Shown piece after piece: positions 16,008 to 24,767 of a DNA stretch of 64,000 nt. The notes under the pieces are model-generated. The model had not been told where the DNA came from. It made no database searches and saw nothing but the letters and a program-made list of their open reading frames with translations. A program made the translations under genes and the position numbers. The stretch is from Nanobdellota archaeon (lineage in GTDB: Archaea; Nanobdellota; Nanobdellia; Woesearchaeales; UBA9642), in NCBI GenBank assembly GCA_021813435.1, contig JAKAKR010000013.1, forward strand, positions 120,107 to 184,106, given 5' to 3'. Position 1 is the first letter of the stretch. Each line of letters opens with the position of its first letter.

Positions 16008-17351
16008 TTATCTTAATTGTTGCTCCTTGAGTTGCCCAAGGGCAAGATGCGTCTTTCCTGCAGCGACAGTATAATAGAGCGCAAGATGCTGCTTGAGCAG
16101 TTCATCGGACTGGAAATATTCCTGACGCTTTCGTGCATGCGCGATGATGCGCCCTTTTTCTGCAGGAGAGAGTGCAAGCGCCTTCTCCATCTGTTTTTCA
16201 AGGCTGCGCGAATCCTTATTCTTGAACAACAATCCATTGACTCCTGAACGCGCGATCTGTTCAGCATAACCGCTGCCGTCTGCCGCGACAACGAGCGCTC
16301 CTGTAGCCATGGCCTCAGTGCAGGTATACCCGAAGGGTTCCATGATACTTGGCAGGACGACGAATTCGCAGGATCGCATGAGCGCATAGACGCGTGACCG
16401 GATTGTTGATGGCCTGAAATGAATCCGGTCCTGCAGGTCGCTAAGCTCCTGCATATAGTACTTGATGATTGCAACAGTCTCTTCCTCAGTATTGAATCCT
16501 ACGATATAGAGATGAAGATTAGGATGTCTGCGCAGGACTGGACCTATTGCACGCGCAAGTACCATAAGACCTTTCCGGTACTCGATTCTCCCCACATACA
16601 GGATAAATGGAGTCGTGATGCGCAGTGACTGCAGCGTCTCCTCACGTTCGGTAAATATTGATTGCGCATGAAGCGCATAATGCGGAATGTAGAGATAGGA
16701 AAAGTTTTTTCCTTTATGTCCCTGCAGATGATACACGGATTGCGTGAGCTGCATTGTCGCTTTGGAATTTGCGACTACGAGCGCAGATCGACGGTATTGA
16801 AGCGATTCCATATAATAGACAAGCCGCGACTGGATCCTGTCCATGAATTTTTCTTTGTGTTTTGCGTGAGCAGTGGTCGCGGCGGTCGCAGTGGTTGCGA
16901 TTGCATTGGCAGCATTCCTATTCAACCATTCGACAAGAAAACTGCTCCCGTGCGCGCGGGTGATGACTGGTTTTTTGCAGAAGAGCGTGATGAGCAGTGA
17001 TGAACCGGAAACATCGTCGGACTCGATGATGTCAAAATCGTATTGTCGTTCTAACTCTTTGAACCGCTTATAGAGTATGATATCCTCGATGAAAAAGGTG
17101 ACAAATTTCGGCATAAAGAAATAGCGCAGTTGTTTCACAAGGCGCATCTTCTTATTGTCCTCAGGAATACGGATCCCATGGATATGCACGCCATTTACTT
17201 CGTAATCTTCCTCTTTACCGTACGAGAGCGAGATGATGTGGACAGTATGCCCGTGCCCTGCAAGATACGGTGTGATGGATTCAAGATAGGTTGCAATCCC
17301 CCCTGCATAAAATCTCCAGGGTTGGTCCTTTGCGATAAAGCAGATATTCAC
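16008..17351 (-). CDS. GT4-family glycosyltransferase
   Basis: 447 aa with a GTG start. The C-terminal EPFGYTCTEAMATGALVVA (E-x7-E region) is typical of GT-B/GT4 enzymes. Confidence 0.8.
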   Translation of the reverse strand: MNICFIAKDQPWRFYAGGIATYLESITPYLAGHGHTVHIISLSYGKEEDYEVNGVHIHGIRIPEDNKKMRLVKQLRYFFMPKFVTFFIEDIILYKRFKELERQYDFDIIESDDVSGSSLLITLFCKKPVITRAHGSSFLVEWLNRNAANAIATTATAATTAHAKHKEKFMDRIQSRLVYYMESLQYRRSALVVANSKATMQLTQSVYHLQGHKGKNFSYLYIPHYALHAQSIFTEREETLQSLRITTPFILYVGRIEYRKGLMVLARAIGPVLRRHPNLHLYIVGFNTEEETVAIIKYYMQELSDLQDRIHFRPSTIRSRVYALMRSCEFVVLPSIMEPFGYTCTEAMATGALVVAADGSGYAEQIARSGVNGLLFKNKDSRSLEKQMEKALALSPAEKGRIIAHARKRQEYFQSDELLKQHLALYYTVAAGKTHLALGQLKEQQLR

Positions 17352-17374
17352 AAGAGAAAAAGGCTTTATTCGTC

Positions 17375-17384
17375 TATTTAAATA
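17375..17384. promoter_or_regulatory. shared divergent TATA-like box
   Basis: tatttaaata lies 24 nt from the GT4 start (17351, minus strand) and 19 nt from GTG 17403 (plus strand). A second box, tatttaaaaa at 17437-17446, lies 20 nt upstream of ATG 17466. Confidence 0.4.
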
Positions 17385-17465
17385 TTGTGACTGAAAGATG
17401 CAGTGTATTTTCCGACAAGCCTATTAAAACGAAAAGTATTTAAAAAGTTTTACGGTGTGCGTACC

Positions 17466-19817
17466 ATGGGGGTACACCATAAAGCAAACGATAGTGTGAG
17501 TACTATAAATGCAGAGAGTATGCACGCGGCAGATACCCTGTTCTTGTTCAAGGGAAAGGAATCTTTTGCGCGCATCACGCGCAGGATATCACTCACCCCG
17601 CAATCGATCAATCGCACGATTTCTGTCATCATACCGACCATGAATGAGGATACTGCGGTGCTCGAAGAGCAAATCGCATTCTTACAGCAGCAATCCTACG
17701 CGCCAATGGAGATCATCATTGTTCTTGACAATCCTAAAAGAAAATTTTCGCGAGAATTTTCCAGAGCGCATCATGTGCGTATCATCACCCACCATAAAAA
17801 TCTTGGACGGTCTGCGGCGCGCAACACTGGCGCAAGAAACGCGCAGGGAGAGCTCCTGGTGTTTGCAGATACAGGAGTAGTATTCCATAACAGTGATACG
17901 CTCGAGCGCATCAACAGGTTCTACAGCAATCCACACAACAGCAGGGTCATCCTCAAGCCGCGGGTGCTTCCTCATATCGAGCATTATGGGACGCATGCAT
18001 TCATCTGCGGCACTGATGCTGCAAAGGCAAAATTTGCGCGGCAGGAAAACTTCAGCGAGGAACGCTTCAGTGCAGTGCAGGATTTTGAAAGCAATTTTTT
18101 TGCAGTTGCTAAGCAGCAATTTGAAAAATATCCTTTTGACGAGGAATATGGCACGCGATGGGGATGGGAAGACACGGACTGGATACGCGGACAGCTCGTA
18201 CAGGACAGCATACTGGTACCCACTGGAACCATTGTTGCAAAAACCGGACTGCATGCAATAGAAGAAGACATCATTGCGCTTATCCATAAGCAGGTTCTCG
18301 GCATTGCAAATCTTAGACGATATGAACGCCGCTGGAAAAAGAAATTTCCGAAAGAGACTGCACTACTCGCCAAGGAATATCTCTACGGCAAGCACAAAAC
18401 AGCGCAAGAGTATCGCAAACTCTTCAGAAAATCATCCATTGCAGGGATCATGGCGCAACTCATCAGCACGTACCGCGATATCCATGCGCGAAACGCCGCG
18501 TTATATCTGATTCCCAAACGATTGTCTTACCGTGAATCCGAGGTGCTCTGGGAGATTATCCGCACTGCAATGGCATATACCTACCATCATGATGAGAAAG
18601 AACTTCATACGATTGTTACGCATCTTGCGCCGCTCATGCAAAAAAATACCCGCAACCCATTCAGGATACTCAGAGATTCCCTGCATCGCAGGAGGATACA
18701 GCGACTTGCGCCACAGGGGCCTATGTGCACTCCGAATGATTTCGCGCTCTGGGAACGATTCTCCTGCGCAATCAAAAAACAGCGCCGGATAAGCATCATC
18801 ATACCGACCATGGGTGAATGCGATGAACTGGCGCAGCAGATTGCGACAATCACAAAACAATCCTACGCGCCGATGGAAATTATCATTGTCCTTGACAATC
18901 CGTTAGAAGCAGAGCGCATGCAGGAATGCGCCCAGAAAGAGGGGGGGATTGTGCGCGTCATCACGCATCCTCAAAATCTTGGACGGTCTGCGGCGCGCAA
19001 TACTGGCGCAAGAAACGCGCGTGGGGATATTCTCGTATTTCTCGACACGGGCGTACTCCTCCATGACACCGACATTCTCGAACGTATCAACGCATTCTAT
19101 GGCGATCCCAGAAATGAGAATGTTATCCTCAAACCGCGCGTACTCGCAAATATCGAGGAATACGGGACATATGAATTCCTCACGAATAACTACGAGTATC
19201 CTTTCAGGTTCAGCGTGGAAGAAGGCACTGAGGAAAGGACAATTGATAATTTCCCAGCATTCCTGAGTAATTTTTTCATCATAAGAAAGGAACGGTTCCA
19301 GAGATACCCATTTGCTGAAGAGTTCGGGACGCGTTGGGGAGCTGAAGATTGTGACTGGGCAATAGGCCAGATCAACACGAGCTCAACGATCATACACACC
19401 AACAGTATTGTCGGGTTGCAGCAAAAAGCGCATACACAATCTCTTGAGCGCCATATCCATAGCAAACTCGAGGGGATATATAACCATATCCTTTGCGGAA
19501 GGAAATGGGAGAGGAGCGTATTTTCGAAGATACTCACGAGCTGCAGGCATTACTATATTTTTACCGAGGACTGGTATCGCAGTAGAGTGATTGCCACCTG
19601 CAATGACCCGCAGGCAGAACAGCATATCAGAAGGTATGTAGAGGCATATCGCGCGTTGCGCAAAGAATACGCACAGTACTCGCTCATCCCTCAGGTATGC
19701 GCGATGCATGAGATGCGTCTCTACCGGTTCATCACTGCGCTCATCACCTATTATGCCTCAACACATTTCTCGACATGGGAAGAATATCAGGCATGGGGTG
19801 ATGCCCTATGTCGTTAG
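17466..19817 (+). CDS. tandem double GT2 glycosyltransferase (internal duplication)
   Basis: Two ~340-390-aa modules each contain I(I/V)IPTM..., QSYAPMEIIIVLDNP, NLGRSAARNTGARNA, LVF.DTGV and YPF.EE.GTRWG.ED.DW. The start is ambiguous (GTG 17403 or ATG 17466). Confidence 0.8.
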   Translation: MGVHHKANDSVSTINAESMHAADTLFLFKGKESFARITRRISLTPQSINRTISVIIPTMNEDTAVLEEQIAFLQQQSYAPMEIIIVLDNPKRKFSREFSRAHHVRIITHHKNLGRSAARNTGARNAQGELLVFADTGVVFHNSDTLERINRFYSNPHNSRVILKPRVLPHIEHYGTHAFICGTDAAKAKFARQENFSEERFSAVQDFESNFFAVAKQQFEKYPFDEEYGTRWGWEDTDWIRGQLVQDSILVPTGTIVAKTGLHAIEEDIIALIHKQVLGIANLRRYERRWKKKFPKETALLAKEYLYGKHKTAQEYRKLFRKSSIAGIMAQLISTYRDIHARNAALYLIPKRLSYRESEVLWEIIRTAMAYTYHHDEKELHTIVTHLAPLMQKNTRNPFRILRDSLHRRRIQRLAPQGPMCTPNDFALWERFSCAIKKQRRISIIIPTMGECDELAQQIATITKQSYAPMEIIIVLDNPLEAERMQECAQKEGGIVRVITHPQNLGRSAARNTGARNARGDILVFLDTGVLLHDTDILERINAFYGDPRNENVILKPRVLANIEEYGTYEFLTNNYEYPFRFSVEEGTEERTIDNFPAFLSNFFIIRKERFQRYPFAEEFGTRWGAEDCDWAIGQINTSSTIIHTNSIVGLQQKAHTQSLERHIHSKLEGIYNHILCGRKWERSVFSKILTSCRHYYIFTEDWYRSRVIATCNDPQAEQHIRRYVEAYRALRKEYAQYSLIPQVCAMHEMRLYRFITALITYYASTHFSTWEEYQAWGDALCR

Positions 19818-22800
19818 ACAAGTCCGCGCGATCAATCTGTTTTATCATTGTCTACCTGGGAGCGTTTCCTGCATACTTACGCGTATTTCTCGAGGGATGC
19901 AAACGTAATAGCGATATTGACTGGATTATATTCCATGATCACGACCCGCATATCACTCCGCCTGCAAATGTCCGATTCGTCCCATTGGATCATACGGCAC
20001 TCATTAATCGCATCAAGGAAAAGACAGGTTTTGATGCAAAGATTTCTCATCCCTATAAATTAGTGGACTGCAAACCGCTCTATGGACATCTCTTCGAGGA
20101 GTATCTCACGGGCTACGCATTCTGGGGAATCACTGACCTTGACGTGATCTATGGATCAGTGCGGCGATTCATTACCGACGGTATCCTGCGGCAGTATGAC
20201 ATTATCACTGCATACGAAACATTTCTTGCAGGGCACTTCACACTGTTCCGGAACACCCCATTCATCACCCGATTGTATCTGAATAATCCTATGAGTAAGC
20301 GCGTTATAGAAAGTCCTGACCGATTTGTCTCAGTCTATGATGAGCGCAGTTTTGACTTGCTTGTCCGTAAAGAAGAGCAGAAAGGATTATTGCGCGTCTA
20401 TCGCAAGGACTTGGTGCTTGCCTGTACTGATGAGCGTTGGTATTTTGAATGGTACAAGAATACAGTGACCACGCACCAACAATATTACCCTGAACCGGAT
20501 GAAGTGCATCAACCGCTCGTTGATAAAACAGTGCGTGAGCGGGATTATGGGCCTGCAGACATTCGGGATGGCGGGGTGTTTCATCATAAGACAGGAAGAG
20601 AATATCTCTACATGCATCTTAAGGAATGGAAAGAAAATCTATCCCTGCATGCAATCCCCGGAATCGATTATGCGCAGTGTCATATTGATGATAAAGGGAT
20701 CTATGCATTGACAGGAAACAAGAGTATTGACCGGATATTGCCCCGCATCTATCGCATTGCAGCAGGGATGAATGTCCAGGGCAAAAGAGGACGCCGCAAT
20801 GCATTAACAATGCGCGGGACACCGATCAGGCGCAGGAAGAAAGCGATTGTGACGTTTGCTGACAGGAAATATATTGAACAGGCAAAACAGGTCTACACAA
20901 GTATTGCAACACATGCCGGATGGGATGGCGATTATATCCTGCTTACACCAGGTATCCCTGCGTATGCAGCAACATGGTTCGAAAAGCGGGGGGTTATTGT
21001 AAAGCAATGCTATGAATTCATGACAACTGAGGAAAAAGAAAAGACAGACACTGAAGCAAGACTTGATCCTGTTGCATTCATGAAGTGCTGCCTTTTTAGT
21101 CCATGGTTTACGCAATGGAAACATATCATCTACGTCGATGCAGACACGATTGTCAATGGCCCGCTGGATGAACTTGCAAGAGTCAAGGGACTATATGCAG
21201 TGCGGGATTATGTGGTTGATTATGCAACCCCGCTTCGCTATCAATTCATGAGTCGCAGGAACAAAACCGAGCATCAAAAGCATAAGCTCATCGCTGAACT
21301 CGAGCAGCGGATGGATTTTGACCAGCCCGCATTCAACAGCGGCGTCATGGCGTTCTCGACAGACATCATACGGCCCGATACATTTGCAACACTCATCGCG
21401 CTTGCACGAAAATATCTTGAGGTCGCCTTATACCATGACCAGGGGATACTCAATATCTACTTTTATGATCAATGGAAAGAACTACCGATCCCCTACAATT
21501 TCAATCCCCATGCAATCAGCGAGTACACTGACCTCACGCAGGAAAAGATCGATAAGATTAATGTCATCATCTATCATTTTCCCACACCGATGGATAAGCC
21601 CTGGAATCCGGGGCATCCGTATTATCAGCTCTGGACTGATCATTATAATAATCGTGAGTCCTTGGGATCATTCACCGCGCGCCCTTTGCGTAAACCGCGG
21701 GTGAATCACGCAATGATTGCTGCAGGGGATCGCGCGCTGCGCGCCGCATTGCGTTCCCATTATCATATCCTTGAAGGGATATTTGAAGAGGAGAATGATC
21801 ATGGAACGGCATTTCGCTGGATGACACGCCGGGCAAGAGTAATCTTGCCGGAGACTGCAGGATCCTCTATTATATTCAAACTCTTCAGTCCGTTTCCTGA
21901 CTATGAACAGATGCTGACCATCACTTCGCCGGATACCGAAGTGCATCATCTGAAATTGCGCAGCGGCTGGCATACGTATGCAGTGCCGCGAGAGAGAGGA
22001 AATACCTGTACACTCGAAGCTATGCAAACGCTTTCTGAAGATATTGATGATCGCATTCTTGCAGTGCGGATTGCATCAATAACCACCAGTGACACTGTTC
22101 CTGAAGGATCAATATCTGAGACAGGAGACAGCAGAGGCAGGATGATTACACATACGCGGGAAATACAATCACGGCTCGACCCGCTCAGGAGCGATGGGAT
22201 CTTTCCGATCATTGATGTCGAGGTCACGCTGAAATGTAACCAGTCATGCATGAACTGCATAAAATTCTGCAACAAACAGGATATGACCGGGATTGATTAT
22301 AGTGCATCAGCGCTGACTGAAAAGCAGATACAAAAATTTATTGATGATGTCAAACGCGTGTATCAACGCACTGGCAAAAAGGTTGCAGGAATCATATACC
22401 TTACGGGTGGCGAGCCGCTGCTCCATCCGAAGATCGTGGAATTTTTCTTTATGATCAAAAAGGAATTATGTGATACTGGTATATGCAACGGCGTATTCAT
22501 CAACTCCAATCTTACTGTACCGATTCCTGCAGTGCTCGAGCCATTCATTGTAAATTTTGTGCCGATCAGCGAGAAATCCCAAGCGCATCAGGCAGTCTTT
22601 GCGCATCCATTGGATTATGGACAGAAAGCTCCTACATATCAGACATGCACGCATTATCGCAAATGGACTGTCGTGTATCATTATGGCGGGTATAATGTCT
22701 GCTGCGCTGCTGACGGATATATTCGATTGTTTAATCGCACCGCATTGTTCTGTGACACGCTTCCGGATAATTTTGCAGGATTTCCTCTGGACAAGATGGA

Positions 22801-22972
22801 TGAGGTATGCCAGCATTGCGCCTTTGGCTGTCCTGAACCAGTCCTTGAAAGAAATCATGGAATGCCGGTATCGGATATCTATCTTCGCGCAGGAATAGAG
22901 AACAAGAAACGCCATCACGACGAAATAAACACAAAAACACAACAAAGATCCAACAGAAATAGACTGGAATAA
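19808..22972 (+). CDS. four-domain fusion: DUF6625-like putative GT + GT8 + FRW type-A module + radical SAM with Cys-rich C-terminal (SPASM/twitch-like) region
   Basis: 1054 aa. aa 8-290: YKLVDCKPLYGHLFEEYL..YAFWGITDLDVIYG. aa 345-605: DADTIV (DxD), FNSGVMAF, HDQGILN (GT8). aa 650-762: FRW module. aa 800-1015: CNQSCMNC (CX3CX2C), YLTGGEPLL, then C-rich CTHY..VCCAADG..CQHCAFGC. The start overlaps the upstream stop by 10 nt. Confidence 0.75.
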   Translation: MSLDKSARSICFIIVYLGAFPAYLRVFLEGCKRNSDIDWIIFHDHDPHITPPANVRFVPLDHTALINRIKEKTGFDAKISHPYKLVDCKPLYGHLFEEYLTGYAFWGITDLDVIYGSVRRFITDGILRQYDIITAYETFLAGHFTLFRNTPFITRLYLNNPMSKRVIESPDRFVSVYDERSFDLLVRKEEQKGLLRVYRKDLVLACTDERWYFEWYKNTVTTHQQYYPEPDEVHQPLVDKTVRERDYGPADIRDGGVFHHKTGREYLYMHLKEWKENLSLHAIPGIDYAQCHIDDKGIYALTGNKSIDRILPRIYRIAAGMNVQGKRGRRNALTMRGTPIRRRKKAIVTFADRKYIEQAKQVYTSIATHAGWDGDYILLTPGIPAYAATWFEKRGVIVKQCYEFMTTEEKEKTDTEARLDPVAFMKCCLFSPWFTQWKHIIYVDADTIVNGPLDELARVKGLYAVRDYVVDYATPLRYQFMSRRNKTEHQKHKLIAELEQRMDFDQPAFNSGVMAFSTDIIRPDTFATLIALARKYLEVALYHDQGILNIYFYDQWKELPIPYNFNPHAISEYTDLTQEKIDKINVIIYHFPTPMDKPWNPGHPYYQLWTDHYNNRESLGSFTARPLRKPRVNHAMIAAGDRALRAALRSHYHILEGIFEEENDHGTAFRWMTRRARVILPETAGSSIIFKLFSPFPDYEQMLTITSPDTEVHHLKLRSGWHTYAVPRERGNTCTLEAMQTLSEDIDDRILAVRIASITTSDTVPEGSISETGDSRGRMITHTREIQSRLDPLRSDGIFPIIDVEVTLKCNQSCMNCIKFCNKQDMTGIDYSASALTEKQIQKFIDDVKRVYQRTGKKVAGIIYLTGGEPLLHPKIVEFFFMIKKELCDTGICNGVFINSNLTVPIPAVLEPFIVNFVPISEKSQAHQAVFAHPLDYGQKAPTYQTCTHYRKWTVVYHYGGYNVCCAADGYIRLFNRTALFCDTLPDNFAGFPLDKMDEVCQHCAFGCPEPVLERNHGMPVSDIYLRAGIENKKRHHDEINTKTQQRSNRNRLE

Positions 22973-22998
22973 ACCGTGAAACTGGCGCGCATAACGGT

Positions 22999-23166
22999 TA
23001 GTTGCGGACATAACTACGCTATCATTTAGCGTCTTCTCGCTCTCATCGAAGTGTAAACGGAGTATTGTCATCTCCGAAGGAGCCAACCCTCTGACAATGT
23101 TCTAAAATTGTCGGATATTCGCTCGCCTTAGGACGCTAAATGATAAGAAACTTTTGTCTGCAACTA
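22999..23166. repeat. 168-nt element bounded by 35-nt imperfect terminal inverted repeats (28/35 matches)
   Basis: Left arm tagttgcggacataactacgctatcatttagcgtc. Reverse complement of the right arm tagttgcagacaaaagtttcttatcatttagcgtc. The interior contains nested or alternative hairpins (ATTGTCA/TGACAAT, CTCC-GAA-GGAG). It lies between the stop at 22972 and the next TATA-like box (23179-23188). Confidence 0.6.
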
Positions 23167-23210
23167 GGTTTGAGTAATCTTTTTAAAGACGGGGATGATT
23201 TGCAGAACAT

Positions 23211-23492
23211 ATGGGGGTCAGTGCAATATTACTGGTAATTTTAGGAACAGCAGTAGGAGTTATACCGGGGATTCTTGCAGTCATGGCATTTTTCAGGCAT
23301 CAATCACGCATAGAAAAAATCGTGTACAGCATCATGATCAGCATCAGCATTGCAATAATCATCGGATTGGCGCTCGGATATTTGCGATTATTCACCCTGG
23401 TCAATGTCGTCATCGCGTATCTTTTTATCGTCGCAGCGCTGATCCTTGCGCTTTTGACAAAAAAACACCTGCATCACAGGCGTAGGTCGTAG
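23211..23492 (+). CDS. small membrane protein (3 TM), unknown function
   Basis: 93 aa, hydrophobic, basic C-terminal tail HLHHRRRS. The box ctttttaaag lies 23 nt upstream. Confidence 0.45.
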   Translation: MGVSAILLVILGTAVGVIPGILAVMAFFRHQSRIEKIVYSIMISISIAIIIGLALGYLRLFTLVNVVIAYLFIVAALILALLTKKHLHHRRRS

Positions 23493-23504
23493 GGAGAACA
23501 GCAC

Positions 23505-24629
23505 ATGAAATATTCACTCGTATTGCCCTGCAAGGATGAAGAACAGAGTGTCGGGGTATGCATCAAGAAAGCGCAGGATGCATTGCGAAAACTTCACATC
23601 CAAAAAGAAGAGTATGAGATCATTGTTGTTGATAATAATTCTGTCGATCATTCTGCAACGATTGCTGCAGCGCAGGGCGCAAGTGTCCTGCGTGAACCTG
23701 TCCAGGGCTATGGCGCAGCATTGCTGCGTGGATTTAGACAGGCAAAGGGAGAGTATATCATCATGTGTGACGCGGATAACACGTATGATCTTGAGGAATT
23801 GCCGCTTCTTATCAAACATGTGACAACGCACGACATTGTCGTCGGCAATCGCTTCAATAAGCGCATGAAACCGCATGCAATGCCGCTCATGCACCGTTAC
23901 ATCGGCAACCCATTCTTCTCAAGGCTTTCACGATTATTCTTCAAGATTCCCTGCACTGATATCCACTCAGGATTCCGTGTCATGAGACGTGATGCACTGC
24001 AAAGACTCGATCTGCAGTCATCCGGCATGGAGATCTCCTCAGAGATGCTCATTAAGGCAACACAGTTGCATCTGCGTATCAAAGAAGTGAATATCACCTA
24101 TTCAAGACGCACCGGCCAGTCCAAGATGCGCAGTTTCAATGATGGCTGGCGTCATCTCAAGATGATGCTTCTCTACTCGCCCGAATACCTCTTTCTTTTT
24201 CCCGGAAGCGTCCTTGCAATCGTCGGTATGCTTGCGCTCATTGGTCTTGTCATCAGCAGTGCAGTACTGCAACAGCGCATTGCCGGCATTCATTTCATCA
24301 TTCTGAGCAGCATACTTGCAATTCTTGGCTATCAACTCATATTATTATGGCTGTATACCAAGACGTATCGCATCACGCAGCTCCATGAACAGGATCGTGT
24401 TGTCGAGTATATCCACAACAATATCACGCTCGAGAAAACCATCAGCATAGGCATTGGGATTGTCTGTGTCGGCATCATTGCAGGTGCAGCGCTTTTTATC
24501 CGATGGCCGCAGGGGAATAATCTCATTGATTCTGTAGCATTCAGTATCTTTGCGCTCACCATGATTGTGATCGGTGTGCAGACCATCGCTGCAGGATTCA
24601 TGCTCAGCATCCTTGGCAACAGGCGATGA
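23505..24629 (+). CDS. GT2 polyprenyl-phosphate glycosyltransferase-like (GtrB/ArnC/DPM1-like) with C-terminal TM domain
   Basis: LVLPCKDEE, EIIVVDNNSVDHS, GYGAALLRGF and MCDADNTYD motifs, followed by about 4 TM helices. Confidence 0.8.
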   Translation: MKYSLVLPCKDEEQSVGVCIKKAQDALRKLHIQKEEYEIIVVDNNSVDHSATIAAAQGASVLREPVQGYGAALLRGFRQAKGEYIIMCDADNTYDLEELPLLIKHVTTHDIVVGNRFNKRMKPHAMPLMHRYIGNPFFSRLSRLFFKIPCTDIHSGFRVMRRDALQRLDLQSSGMEISSEMLIKATQLHLRIKEVNITYSRRTGQSKMRSFNDGWRHLKMMLLYSPEYLFLFPGSVLAIVGMLALIGLVISSAVLQQRIAGIHFIILSSILAILGYQLILLWLYTKTYRITQLHEQDRVVEYIHNNITLEKTISIGIGIVCVGIIAGAALFIRWPQGNNLIDSVAFSIFALTMIVIGVQTIAAGFMLSILGNRR

Positions 24630-24767
24630 TGCATAAACGCTGCAGAACTATGCCGCTGCATCGTGAGGGATGCAAATTAAAAAAATTTAAATAACAAGAA
24701 AAAAATAATGCAACATCGAGAATGATCAGGGATCATCCTGGAATAAAAAGGTGTGGGGGGTTTAAAG

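Noticed and set aside
17682-18373. A 201-aa minus-strand ORF and a 129-aa minus-strand ORF.
   Set aside because: They are antisense to the double-GT2 gene and have no recognisable features.
22466-23086. A 206-aa minus-strand ORF crossing the end of the fusion gene.
   Set aside because: It is antisense to the rSAM C-terminal region and runs into the inverted-repeat element. It has no promoter geometry or motifs.
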